From a candidate division WOR-3 bacterium (lineage in GTDB: Bacteria; Hydrothermota; Tepidihabitantia; Tepidihabitantales; Tepidihabitantaceae): a stretch of 64,000 bases of DNA. Of this stretch, positions 47,398-56,693 are shown piece by piece. The position numbers and the translations under genes were made by a program. The notes under the pieces were generated by a model, which searched no databases, had not been told where the DNA came from, and saw only the letters and a list, made by a program, of their open reading frames with translations. Numbering within the stretch: position 1 is the stretch's first letter; every line of letters begins with the position of its first letter. The stretch is taken from contig JAOABP010000002.1 of the NCBI GenBank assembly GCA_026418295.1, positions 162,367 through 226,366 on the forward strand. The letters run 5' to 3'.

Positions 47398-49098
47398 TTT
47401 CATCAGCTGCGCTAATGAAAGACAGTTGATGATATCGTTTCTGGTAAGCCAGGCGCGACGTGCCGTCATTACACCATAACGCATCCAGCTGAGATCGGAA
47501 ACCGAATGGGCATCAGTATTGACGGCAATCAATACGCCCGCCTCCTTAGCCTGCCGCGCCCAGACATCATTCAGGTCTAGCCGTTCGTAATAGGAGTTAA
47601 TTTCGAGAATTTTGCGGTTCTGCGCAGCGCATTCAATTACCTTTTCGAGATTGATGTCGTACCCCGGCCGTTTTCCGATCAACCGGCCACTCGGGTGGGC
47701 AATGATGTGTACGAGGGGGTGTTCAATTGCATTGCAGACGCGGCGGGTTGCATCACGATTGAATGCCTGATGAATTGAGGCAATAACCAGGTCGAGACGG
47801 GCAAGAACAGAATCCGGGTAGTCAAGTTTGCCATCAGGGGTAATGTCTACTTCGGCTGATTTTAGGATTCGGAACTTCTTTAAGTTCTCATTCAGACGGT
47901 CAATTTCATCACAGCGGGAAAGCAGCTGGTCAGCAGTAAGCCCCCCAGCATAGCCTGCAGATACTGAATGTTCGGCAATGGCGATATGAGTATATCCGAG
48001 CTGCTGCGCTGCCCGCACGATTTCTATCAGCGACGAGCTGCCATCAGATGCGGTTGTGTGAATGTGAAGGTCTGATTTTATGTCCTCCTGACGTACAAGT
48101 ACTGGTAGCCGGTTTTCTTGGGCGGCTGCTATTTCCCCCCGGTCTTCTCGCAGTTCCGGTTCAATATAAGGCAGACCGATTGCCTGATAAACCTCCAGTT
48201 CAGTTTTTCCCGCAATGCGGCGGTCGTTCCTGAAAACCCCGTATTCAGAGATCTTTAGCCCCATTTTCTGAGCCAGCGTCCGCAGGGCGACATTATGGTC
48301 CTTGGAACCGGTAAAATACTGCAAGGCGGCACCGAATGTTTCCGGTTCCACTACGCGGAGGTCAATCTGACGCAATCCGTTTGCGCTAGCGATGACAATA
48401 GATGCCTTGGTTTCTCCTGCAGACAGTACCTGCCGGGTCATAGGGAATGTAACAAATCGATGGACGATCTGTTGAGGGTTACTGCCGGTGGCCAGGATAT
48501 CCAGATCGCCGACTGTTTCCCGGCCACGTCGCAGGGAACCGGCAGCAATTACTTCCTTGGCATCAGAACCCGATCTGATATATTCTATGATCAACTCGGC
48601 AAGTTCAAAAGCTTCATTGAGATACATCCTTGAACCAGCGCGTTCAATTTGCTCAAGTCCCTTAAGAATGTTTTCTACCTTCTTTTTGCCCATACCGGGA
48701 AGTTGAGCTGCAGAACCATCCATCAACACCCGTTTCAGGTCATCGATGTTCTTTACCCGGAGTTTGTCGTTCAGTAATTTGACAGTTCTGGGCCCGACAC
48801 CAGGGATATCGAGCAGGGCAAATAGACCAGGTTCAATTCCCGCGGTTACTTCTTCCAGTTTCTTCATTTTACCGGTCGCAAGGTATTCATGGATCTTTTT
48901 CGCAATTCCAGAACCGATTCCGGGGACGGTTTCCAACCTGTTTTCGCGGTCCAGTTCGGCAACATCTTCAGTCAGATCGGTCAGAACCCTGGCTGCCTTG
49001 CGGTAGGCAAGTACCCGGAATCCAGTTTCCCCCTTCAGTTCCAGGGCATCAGCAATCCTTTCGAAAATCCGGGCAAGTTCCTGATTTTTTATTGCCAT
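47368..49098 (-). CDS. polX: DNA polymerase X family protein (pol-beta-like nucleotidyltransferase plus a C-terminal PHP phosphoesterase domain)
   Basis: N-terminal helix-hairpin-helix motifs (GIGSGIAKKI, IPGVGPRTV). Pol-beta nucleotidyltransferase motif GSLRRGRETVGDLDIL. C-terminal PHP histidines LHIHTTASDG...AIAEHS...VNTDAH. 576 aa. Confidence 0.8.
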   Translation of the reverse strand: MAIKNQELARIFERIADALELKGETGFRVLAYRKAARVLTDLTEDVAELDRENRLETVPGIGSGIAKKIHEYLATGKMKKLEEVTAGIEPGLFALLDIPGVGPRTVKLLNDKLRVKNIDDLKRVLMDGSAAQLPGMGKKKVENILKGLEQIERAGSRMYLNEAFELAELIIEYIRSGSDAKEVIAAGSLRRGRETVGDLDILATGSNPQQIVHRFVTFPMTRQVLSAGETKASIVIASANGLRQIDLRVVEPETFGAALQYFTGSKDHNVALRTLAQKMGLKISEYGVFRNDRRIAGKTELEVYQAIGLPYIEPELREDRGEIAAAQENRLPVLVRQEDIKSDLHIHTTASDGSSSLIEIVRAAQQLGYTHIAIAEHSVSAGYAGGLTADQLLSRCDEIDRLNENLKKFRILKSAEVDITPDGKLDYPDSVLARLDLVIASIHQAFNRDATRRVCNAIEHPLVHIIAHPSGRLIGKRPGYDINLEKVIECAAQNRKILEINSYYERLDLNDVWARQAKEAGVLIAVNTDAHSVSDLSWMRYGVMTARRAWLTRNDIINCLSLAQLMKLLARLRQSS

Positions 49099-50567
49099 AA
49101 ACCTGCCTGGTAAATCACCTTGCCCGTTTTAAAAGTTGCAATGATCCGGGTCTGGGTATCAATTCTTGGATCAGCACTGGTAATTACAAGATCAGCTTCC
49201 ATCCCGGGTTTAAGGCTGCCAATCCGATCTTCCATTTTCAGAGAATAGGCGGCATTTGCTGTGAAGAGGGCTAATGCTTCTGACGAACTCAGTCTTTCGT
49301 TCATATTAGGTAGCGAAGTAGCGGCTCTGATGCCGAACAGCGGATTGAGCGGAGTTACAGGTGCATCTGAACCGCCCGCGAGCATAACACCGGATTTGAG
49401 CAGTGTCTGATAAGGGTTGGTCATATGCCAGCGATTGCCGAGACGTTTGGCATACATATTGTCTGGACCGCCCCAGAGAAGTTCGAACGCCGGCTGGACA
49501 CAGAGTATCAGCTTCAATTTGCTTATGCGATTGATCAATTCCGGGCTCAGCAGTTCTGCATGTTCTATCCGGTGACGGAGCGATTCTGCAGTTTGCCCGA
49601 CAAGTTGCTCATGACAGCGCACCAGCTGTTCAATTGCCCGGTCGCCAATGGCATGAAAAGCGGTCTGAAGATTCAGACGGGTTGCATGGCGTAGAAATTC
49701 AAGGATCTTGCTGTCGCTATGATAAAGGATTCCGCTGAATCCGGGTGCGTCGGCGTACTCTTCGGATAGGGCAGCGGTGTGGGACCCAAATGACCCATCG
49801 AGCAGCAAGCATCCTCCAATCCGTGACAATTTGAACCGACCTGGCAGCTCAACATTCCATGTTTGCATAAATGGCACCATGCGAACTTCAGCACATTCAA
49901 GCGCATTCAGAACAATCTGCCATTCCGATTCGTCCATTTCCGGTGTTCCCACCATTGCCGCCATTGTAGTAATACCAGCACGGGCAGCATCTTTTGCAGC
50001 AAGCCGCAAGGCAGTCGTGAGCACTTCGGTTGGCAGTTGCCGTTTTATTTTACCTGAGAGTGCTTCATAGGCGGGGCCAAAGACTAAACCGGTAGGATTA
50101 CCGGCACCATCAAATTCAATCCCTTCCGGCGATTGTGATGAGAGCATGTGTAACGCAGGCGTGTTTGCAATTCCGGAATGACCATCAATGCGGTAGACAA
50201 AAATCGGTTTTGTTCGGGTCAGCCGGTCAAGTTCCCGTCGATAAAGATAGCGGTGTTCCCGGATTTGCTCCGGATTAAAGTTAAACGCTAAAAGTAAAGG
50301 CAATTCCGCCTTGTGATTGAGGGTTTCAGAAAGCAGTTCGAGAGCTTCACTCACCGAACGGGCAGGGGAGAGGTCGGGGAAGAGTTTTGTCAATCCATAT
50401 TCTATCGGATGAGTATGGCTGTCAATAAATCCCGGCAGTATGAAATTATCCGATTCACATCGCTCTAATGGCACCAGCGCCGTAATTATTCCGTTGTCGA
50501 TGATTATTTTGCCAGGAAATGCGGTAGCTGAAGGGGTTGGAATTAAGTAACCGGACAATGTCTCCAT
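49089..50567 (-). CDS. Amidohydrolase-family metal-dependent hydrolase (amidohydrolase-3-like)
   Basis: N-terminal PGFIDSHTHP metal-binding motif. C-terminal GGSDAPV, matching the GxxD active-site motif. 492 aa. Confidence 0.6.
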   Translation of the reverse strand: METLSGYLIPTPSATAFPGKIIIDNGIITALVPLERCESDNFILPGFIDSHTHPIEYGLTKLFPDLSPARSVSEALELLSETLNHKAELPLLLAFNFNPEQIREHRYLYRRELDRLTRTKPIFVYRIDGHSGIANTPALHMLSSQSPEGIEFDGAGNPTGLVFGPAYEALSGKIKRQLPTEVLTTALRLAAKDAARAGITTMAAMVGTPEMDESEWQIVLNALECAEVRMVPFMQTWNVELPGRFKLSRIGGCLLLDGSFGSHTAALSEEYADAPGFSGILYHSDSKILEFLRHATRLNLQTAFHAIGDRAIEQLVRCHEQLVGQTAESLRHRIEHAELLSPELINRISKLKLILCVQPAFELLWGGPDNMYAKRLGNRWHMTNPYQTLLKSGVMLAGGSDAPVTPLNPLFGIRAATSLPNMNERLSSSEALALFTANAAYSLKMEDRIGSLKPGMEADLVITSADPRIDTQTRIIATFKTGKVIYQAGLWQ

Positions 50568-50580
50568 TTTCCTGACCTGT

Positions 50581-51921
50581 TCAATAGCGAATCAGTTTTG
50601 CAATTATTTCAACATGAGTAGTTTGGGGAAACATATCAAGCGGCTCTACTGATTCACACCGGTAACCCGATTGCTCCAGAACTGCCAGATCACGGGCAAG
50701 AGTCGCAGGATTGCAGGATACGTAAATTAACATCTTGGGCCTCAACGCGGTTACTTTTTTAAGCGTTTCCGGATTACACCCCTTTCGGGGAGGATCGATT
50801 ATGACAACATCCGCCTGTTCCAGGCTGGCAATTATACGGTTGACATCATCATTGATAAAAGTAACATTTCCTGCTTGATTTATCTCGGCGTTAAATCTCG
50901 CATCATTTACTGCTGCAGGTTCAATTTCGACAGCGGTTACACTTTTAACCATTGAAGCGAGAACGATACTGAGCATACCGACACCGCAAAATAGATCAAG
51001 CACGGTTTCAGTGCCCTGAGGTGATATCAGATCGATTAATTTCCGGCAGAGTTCCTGAGCCTGATGGGGATTAACCTGAAAAAAAGACTGGGAGGAAATT
51101 CTGAATTTGCGGTTGAGGATAATTTGGAAAGTATGGTCTGCTCCCGATAACTTAATCGCCTCCGGACCAAGAATCCGATTTGTTTTATCAGGATTGATAT
51201 TCTGTACTACACCGAGTACTGTTGGTAACGAAGCGATTGCGGAAATAAGTCGCCGGTCCAGTTGCTTGGTTCGAGTAACAAAGATGACCAGAATTCTGTG
51301 ATCGTAATTCTCGCGCAATATGATATGCCGGATATTTCCCTGGTGAGCAATTTCATCATAAGGCTTTTCCCGGGCGGCAGCGATGGTGTCTAACAACCGG
51401 CGCCGGATTTCATTGAACGATGACGGATGAAGATAACAAATCGGAATATCAAGCAGATGGTGTGTGCCTTTCTGGAAAAAGCCGATTTTTATTTCTCCAT
51501 TAAGCCGTACCGGATACTGCGTCTTGATGCGGTAATGCCACGCGGGCCCCGGATTTCTTATATTGCTAACGGGAAGAAAGATTTTCCCGATATGCTGGAG
51601 TGCATCGTTAACCAGCATTTTTTTAATTACCAGCTGGCCGGTATAATCAATATGCTGAAGCTGGCAACCACCACACAGGCCGTAGAATTGACAACGTGGT
51701 TCAGTGCGCAGGGGGGAAGGTTGAATGATTTCTTCAATCTCGGCAACGGCATAATCTCTTTTTTTCTGAATAATTCTGGCGTGCACTCTTTCCTCAGGAG
51801 CGGCAAAACGGACAAATACCTTTAATCCGTTCCATGTGGCAATTCCATCTCCGCCGTATGTCAGCCGGTCAATCCGAAGTTCAACCCGTTCTCCAGTCGA
51901 ACCGATTGAACGGGTTACCAT
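50581..51921 (-). CDS. rlmD: 23S rRNA (uracil-C5)-methyltransferase RlmD/RumA family (TRAM domain, 4Fe-4S cluster, SAM methyltransferase)
   Basis: N-terminal TRAM domain. Cysteine cluster CQFYGLCGGCQLQH...C. SAM motif VLDLFCGVGMLS. Catalytic VIIDPPRKGC...YVSCNPATLARD. Confidence 0.8.
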   Translation of the reverse strand: MVTRSIGSTGERVELRIDRLTYGGDGIATWNGLKVFVRFAAPEERVHARIIQKKRDYAVAEIEEIIQPSPLRTEPRCQFYGLCGGCQLQHIDYTGQLVIKKMLVNDALQHIGKIFLPVSNIRNPGPAWHYRIKTQYPVRLNGEIKIGFFQKGTHHLLDIPICYLHPSSFNEIRRRLLDTIAAAREKPYDEIAHQGNIRHIILRENYDHRILVIFVTRTKQLDRRLISAIASLPTVLGVVQNINPDKTNRILGPEAIKLSGADHTFQIILNRKFRISSQSFFQVNPHQAQELCRKLIDLISPQGTETVLDLFCGVGMLSIVLASMVKSVTAVEIEPAAVNDARFNAEINQAGNVTFINDDVNRIIASLEQADVVIIDPPRKGCNPETLKKVTALRPKMLIYVSCNPATLARDLAVLEQSGYRCESVEPLDMFPQTTHVEIIAKLIRY

Positions 51922-52400
51922 GCGGTTACGATCTGGCGGACAATTTCCTGCGCTAATTTACCGATTGCTTCTGTAATCGCTGCCTCATCAGTTTTTGTCG
52001 CGGGATCATAGGAAATGCGACTGGTCACCGTACCCGAATAAAAAGGTTCGTTCCGGCTCTGGTCATGAACATCGACCTGTGCGGAAACAGTAATTTCATA
52101 TGCTATGATATTCTGTGCGGCATCATAAGCATTGGCAGTGCGGGAAAATCCGTTTATCAATACTTGAAGAATAAGGTCCGACTGATCAAGACTGCTTATC
52201 CGGAGATTACGATCAGAATTAAATGCTACCGGAAGCTTCAGAAGCAGTTCTTCAGCAAGTCCGGGTTGCGTGGTCGAGTTTTCAACAGACTTCAGGGCGA
52301 TTGTCCGAACATGAGAGGGCAGAAAAGAACGGGCAGAATAACCGCATCCATTAACTGCGATAAAAACTACCGCCCATTTTACAAGTTGCCGGCAAACCAT
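51915..52400 (-). CDS. lptE: Putative LPS-assembly lipoprotein LptE
   Basis: Lipobox ...AVNGCGYSARS matches E. coli LptE AGCGWHLRD. 161 aa. IAYEITVSAQVDVHD...PFYSGTVTS resembles E. coli AEYQMIMTVNATVLI...ISAKVFRS. It overlaps rlmD by 7 nt. Confidence 0.45.
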   Translation of the reverse strand: MVCRQLVKWAVVFIAVNGCGYSARSFLPSHVRTIALKSVENSTTQPGLAEELLLKLPVAFNSDRNLRISSLDQSDLILQVLINGFSRTANAYDAAQNIIAYEITVSAQVDVHDQSRNEPFYSGTVTSRISYDPATKTDEAAITEAIGKLAQEIVRQIVTAW

Positions 52401-52412
52401 TAGGTCAGGAGT

Positions 52413-53192
52413 CTACTGTTTCAGCTTGCTGGCGATCAATTCCGCAACTTTCTGTCCCGATAATAACATACCTCCGAATATCGGTCCCATTCGGGGACCG
52501 CCCAAAACTGCATTTGCAGCCATGCCCGCTACCCAGAGTCCAGGATAGATTTCTCTGGTGTTTTCAACGGTTAACTGCTCAGCACGTTCTGCCCACATCG
52601 GACCTTCGCCTTCAATATTGCCCGATGGGGTGGGAAGAGTCACCTTGGCTTTGCGTACCAAGTGATGAACGAGTTCGGCCGCGTGACCGGTAGCATCAAC
52701 GACTGCTTTGGCAGCAATTGTCAAAGGATCAACATGAAGATGGGCCAGCTCTACTGCGCTCCAGTTGATAACCAAACCGGAAACTTTGCGATCAACCAGC
52801 AGAAGGTCCTCGACACTCATGAGATTGAAAATCTTAACTCCAGAACGGGCTACCTTTACGAGTAATGCCCCCAGTAATTCTAAAGCATCAGCAACAAAGT
52901 ATCCGGGTCGCTGTTCAACGAAATTAACCCCCAGCTCATTAATAATAGTGAGTGCATCAGCTTGAATAACTATTTCAGAAAACATCATTCCCCCGCCGGT
53001 TAACCCGCCGCCAGGTTTGAGACCGCGTTCAAAAACGACCGTCTTCAGGCCCCGCTCAGCAATTTTCCAGGCGGCGGTTAAACCTGATGGTCCGGCACCG
53101 ACAATAGCAACATCCGAGGCGACATTGTCGAGGAATCGAGAATAGAACCGTTCAACAATTGCCCTTGTTATTTCTGTTTCGATGATACTCAT
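52413..53192 (-). CDS. thi4: Thiazole synthase Thi4-family protein (thiamine thiazole biosynthesis)
   Basis: DVAIVGAGPSGLTAAWKIAERGLKTVVFERGLKPGGG is the FAD/NAD Rossmann motif plus the glycine-rich motif characteristic of Thi4. About 260 aa. Confidence 0.65.
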   Translation of the reverse strand: MSIIETEITRAIVERFYSRFLDNVASDVAIVGAGPSGLTAAWKIAERGLKTVVFERGLKPGGGLTGGGMMFSEIVIQADALTIINELGVNFVEQRPGYFVADALELLGALLVKVARSGVKIFNLMSVEDLLLVDRKVSGLVINWSAVELAHLHVDPLTIAAKAVVDATGHAAELVHHLVRKAKVTLPTPSGNIEGEGPMWAERAEQLTVENTREIYPGLWVAGMAANAVLGGPRMGPIFGGMLLSGQKVAELIASKLKQ

Positions 53193-53267
53193 ATTACTAT
53201 ATCCTAAGCAGTGTTAATATCAAGTCAAGATAGCCCATCATAACATTGTACGTACTTTAAATTCACA

Positions 53268-53295
53268 TTGACACAATAAAATGAGGTGGTATAAT
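53268..53295 (+). promoter_or_regulatory. Perfect sigma70-consensus promoter (TTGACA, 16-nt spacer, TATAAT) upstream of the DUF4870 gene pair
   Basis: TTGACA is at 53268-53273 and TATAAT at 53290-53295 with a 16-nt spacer. The -10 element overlaps the first ATG of the ORF-track model, so the true start is probably a downstream Met or the transcript is leaderless. Confidence 0.4.
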
Positions 53296-53722
53296 GGAAC
53301 AAATGCAAAATGATGCCAGTGCACCCGGAAATCCAATCCCGATGGAAATAAGGATGCTGGCAGCATTTGGTTATCTGCCGATGCTGTTTATTTTACCATT
53401 AATCTTCGGACAACGATATCGATTCAGTAGATTCCACGGATTTCAGAGCCTCTTTCTGCTTATCGGATTGGCACTTATCTGGATTGCGATATTTCTCGTG
53501 GATGTGCTTTTGGGAAATGTTTTGGGAAAGATAATTCTTCTGGGGTTCATATTCAAAGCAACTGCCTGGATCATTCATAACCTGGTGGGCACTGTAATTT
53601 CCATTATTTATCTGATTTTAACCGTGTACTGTTTTGTTCAAGCCGCTGCGGGGCAGGAATGGAGAATTCCGGTAGTCGGTATTCTGGCTCAGAAGTCAGT
53701 AAATTACAATTTTAACAAATAA
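53294..53722 (+). CDS. DUF4870-family small membrane protein. The start codon is uncertain and is probably an internal Met.
   Basis: Three or four transmembrane helices. C-terminal motif VQAAAGQEWRIPVVGILAQK matches the DUF4870 signature ...INAAQGK.W..P..G. The predicted promoter overlaps the 5' end, so the real start is likely MQNDAS (53303) or MEIRMLAAFGY (53342). Confidence 0.45.
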   Translation: MEQMQNDASAPGNPIPMEIRMLAAFGYLPMLFILPLIFGQRYRFSRFHGFQSLFLLIGLALIWIAIFLVDVLLGNVLGKIILLGFIFKATAWIIHNLVGTVISIIYLILTVYCFVQAAAGQEWRIPVVGILAQKSVNYNFNK

Positions 53723-53732
53723 AGGAGGATAA

Positions 53733-54083
53733 ATGGAAGAGAGAAAGAATGAAGTAGTAAGCGGGAGCAGTGATGAGATTGAGAAGGGAAAAGGATTGGC
53801 ATGGCTTTCTTATATCGGGATTCTTTGGCTCGTACCACTGCTGGCGATGAAGGAAAATAACTTCTGCAAGTTCCACGTAAAACAGGGAATTATACTCACA
53901 ATATGGTTTTTTGTGATCGGTATTGTCGGTTCGATACCATTTATTGGCTGGTTTATAATTCTCCCTATTGGAACCATCTTCGGATTGATCTTGGCAATAA
54001 TAGGAATCATAAATGCTGCCCAGGGAAAATACTGGCAGATGCCACTATTCGGCAAACTGGCACAAAACTGGTTCAAATTTTAA
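53733..54083 (+). CDS. DUF4870-family small membrane protein. It is a paralogue of the upstream gene.
   Basis: AGGAGG RBS. FHVKQGIIL...IINAAQGKYWQMPLFGKLAQNWFKF is the canonical DUF4870 C-terminal signature. Three transmembrane helices. Confidence 0.5.
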   Translation: MEERKNEVVSGSSDEIEKGKGLAWLSYIGILWLVPLLAMKENNFCKFHVKQGIILTIWFFVIGIVGSIPFIGWFIILPIGTIFGLILAIIGIINAAQGKYWQMPLFGKLAQNWFKF

Positions 54084-54156
54084 CCGGCCCCTTATTTCTG
54101 ATAATAAATATTATGTAAACTAAATAACGGCTGTGCAGTGAGGAGGCAACAGGTTC

Positions 54157-55194
54157 TCAGGCCTGATTGTTAAGTAATTTTTTATAGTTTTTAATCAGCT
54201 CTTCCCCGCACTGCTCCCAGGTGTAGTTGTTGTAAATATGGTCACGGAGTGCATGAGTCTTGGGCATATTTAATGATTTTTCAAGAGCGCTTTCAATAGA
54301 CGCTGGTGAATATGGATTTAAATAATTTGCGTAGTCACCAAAATATTCTTGGGTTCCGCCATATTTCGTAATGCATACTTTTGCGCCTGCGATCCCTGCT
54401 TCAAGCGCTGCAAGCCCCGGAGTTTCGAACAATGAAGGCAGTATAAATGTATCACAGGCAGCGTATGCCGACTTAAGTATTTCCGAGTCATGTTCAACAG
54501 TAGAAAGCAGTTTAATTGACCGGGAGCGTTCGATTATTTCCAGACAGCGACGGGCATAGTTGGTATTCAGTACCGGCCCGATAATTACGGAAGGTATGCT
54601 TTTCTTATCTAATATTTTTAGAAGTGGGAGCAGGTTTTTTCGTCCCAAGCCGATATGGCCGACATATAATACAAAATCTTTAATACCGAATTCCTGCACG
54701 AATCGCTCCGGGGATGCGTAGAAAAAGCTTTTATCCACTCCATTGGGAACCTTGGCCGTTTTAGCCGCATCAATTCGCAGCCCCCGGGTAATTAAATTCC
54801 TCTCGGCTTCTGTATTTACAAGGATCAAATCTGCCATCTGGCATAGTTCCCGGCAGAACTGAGTTTCAGTCCAGATCCCCCCCATTTTTCTTAAAATTCC
54901 CGAGGCGAGAGCATTAAGCCTAAGTTGGAGATTATGATGCGTGCTGTAGAAAACCGGTGTTAATACGAACTTTGCTCCCAGCATTTTTATTGATCTGCCT
55001 AAATGGTACGTGCCATTATGAGCTGCAAAAAGGTGAAAGAAATCGTAATCGGTAAGGTTGTATTTCTTCCAGGGGTTGAACAATTCGATTTCTATGTTCT
55101 TTGTTTTGAGAACCCGGGCAGTTGAGGCGATTTGTATATCAACCCCGCCACCAAGTATCTTGATCGAAGAAAATGAGCCTATGAGGACCTTCAT
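54157..55194 (-). CDS. Family-1 (GT4-type) glycosyltransferase
   Basis: The C-terminal half shows the GT-B fold: FILPSLFETPGLAALEAGIAGAKVCIT. This matches the glycosyl-transferase-group-1 E-x7-E region. Confidence 0.7.
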   Translation of the reverse strand: MKVLIGSFSSIKILGGGVDIQIASTARVLKTKNIEIELFNPWKKYNLTDYDFFHLFAAHNGTYHLGRSIKMLGAKFVLTPVFYSTHHNLQLRLNALASGILRKMGGIWTETQFCRELCQMADLILVNTEAERNLITRGLRIDAAKTAKVPNGVDKSFFYASPERFVQEFGIKDFVLYVGHIGLGRKNLLPLLKILDKKSIPSVIIGPVLNTNYARRCLEIIERSRSIKLLSTVEHDSEILKSAYAACDTFILPSLFETPGLAALEAGIAGAKVCITKYGGTQEYFGDYANYLNPYSPASIESALEKSLNMPKTHALRDHIYNNYTWEQCGEELIKNYKKLLNNQA

Positions 55195-56693
55195 TCTAAA
55201 TCCCCTCCGAGCATGCGCAGATCACGCAATTGCTGTCTGAAACGGCGGAGGTGGTTTTTTAACTTCCACGCGGGTGTTTCGTGTCTGATTTTTGCGATAT
55301 CCGCAGGACAGGATTTCTTTTCTACCGGTGTCCAATTGAGTGCAGTAAGTGAATATTTTCCAGAAACATATGGAACTCGGGCAATAAACTCATTCAATTC
55401 TATAACCAGTTCGAGTTCCGGATTGGATTCGGTTACCTCAATTTCCAAATTCTGTTCGCTGACACGACATTGGTATTTTGATTTTTCTCTCTTCGCCCAC
55501 CATTCAGCAAATTGAGTCATTGATATCCAGCGTCCGCACTGACGGATTCCGTATTCGACGATCTCTTTTATCACTCTTGGAAACCTGATTATTGTCTGCG
55601 GGTGATCGTACAGGAAACACGGTTCGTTTCGTGCAACCTGCAAATCAATGATATTTTTATAATACTCAATCATTGCATCTTCATTCATGCCGGCAGCAAT
55701 AAGTCTTCCGAGTGATATCGGATGAACCGGAACCTGAAGCACCGGATTGTATGTTCCCTCAATTACCGGCCTTGATGGTAAATCGTCATAAGCATAGCAG
55801 AATTCGCTCGAATAAGAAAACCCCAGTTTCGCAAAGGCAGTTGCAATTGCCCGATGCCACTCACCATAAGGTGCAGCAACACCAGATGGTTTCAGATTCA
55901 TAAGCATCATTTTTTTCAATCCATTATAATAATTTGCGATATTCCGCTTTATATCGGGGTATACAACATGGTAATGGCAATGGAGCTGGACATCCTGGTC
56001 GGAAAGAAGCTTGGTGAAAATCGGCGCTTCGTTTACAGTCACTTCTGAAGTCATTATAAACCAGGTCCATGACATTCCGAAACTTTCGGGGATCGTCAGA
56101 CATTTTTCGATGATTTTAAGCGGTGCATAGTCAGTGTCAACGCGGAACCCAAATATTGATCTGCAACCTGCCGGTGCATAGGAAAGGTGGATGTAAGGAA
56201 GATTTTTCTGATTTAAAAACATGCGCAGGCTGGCAGCGATTAATCTTCTAACCCCTCCGCGATCAACACGAGCAACCGTTTCATCAGGGCATCTCCCCTG
56301 TTGAACATAGAATTTTTTCGCCTGATACCCCCGATGCCTTAATGTTAAAAACGGAGTGCAGGGAATAACCATGATTTCTCCGCCATCATAATAAACAAAT
56401 GGCAAACCGCGGTCGCTCTGTCCCAGATTGGCATTAGCCGGAATGTCGCATTGGCAGTTTATGTCAACCAGTTGCAGGTTGTAAAAATGAGGAACATTAT
56501 TTACCGTTATAAATCTCACGGGACAGCTACGACTCTTCAATTTGGCATTAGGGTTCGGTGCTGAGCTGAATACCAACTGATTGCCTTTCAGAAACACAAA
56601 TACAGCTGCGCTCTCCTTATCATTTGTCACCGGGACGCCTTCCTGTTCAAGGATGGTTTTAAGGTAGAGATCGGGATTTTCGAGATAAATCAT
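55191..56693 (-). CDS. Hypothetical 500-aa protein, possibly a polysaccharide-deacetylase-like carbohydrate esterase
   Basis: No firm family assignment. FGFRVDTDY, HCHYH and PVHPISLG are weakly reminiscent of CE4 (NodB) motifs. It lies between two GT1 genes with 4-nt overlaps on both sides, so it is an operon member. Confidence 0.25.
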   Translation of the reverse strand: MIYLENPDLYLKTILEQEGVPVTNDKESAAVFVFLKGNQLVFSSAPNPNAKLKSRSCPVRFITVNNVPHFYNLQLVDINCQCDIPANANLGQSDRGLPFVYYDGGEIMVIPCTPFLTLRHRGYQAKKFYVQQGRCPDETVARVDRGGVRRLIAASLRMFLNQKNLPYIHLSYAPAGCRSIFGFRVDTDYAPLKIIEKCLTIPESFGMSWTWFIMTSEVTVNEAPIFTKLLSDQDVQLHCHYHVVYPDIKRNIANYYNGLKKMMLMNLKPSGVAAPYGEWHRAIATAFAKLGFSYSSEFCYAYDDLPSRPVIEGTYNPVLQVPVHPISLGRLIAAGMNEDAMIEYYKNIIDLQVARNEPCFLYDHPQTIIRFPRVIKEIVEYGIRQCGRWISMTQFAEWWAKREKSKYQCRVSEQNLEIEVTESNPELELVIELNEFIARVPYVSGKYSLTALNWTPVEKKSCPADIAKIRHETPAWKLKNHLRRFRQQLRDLRMLGGDLE

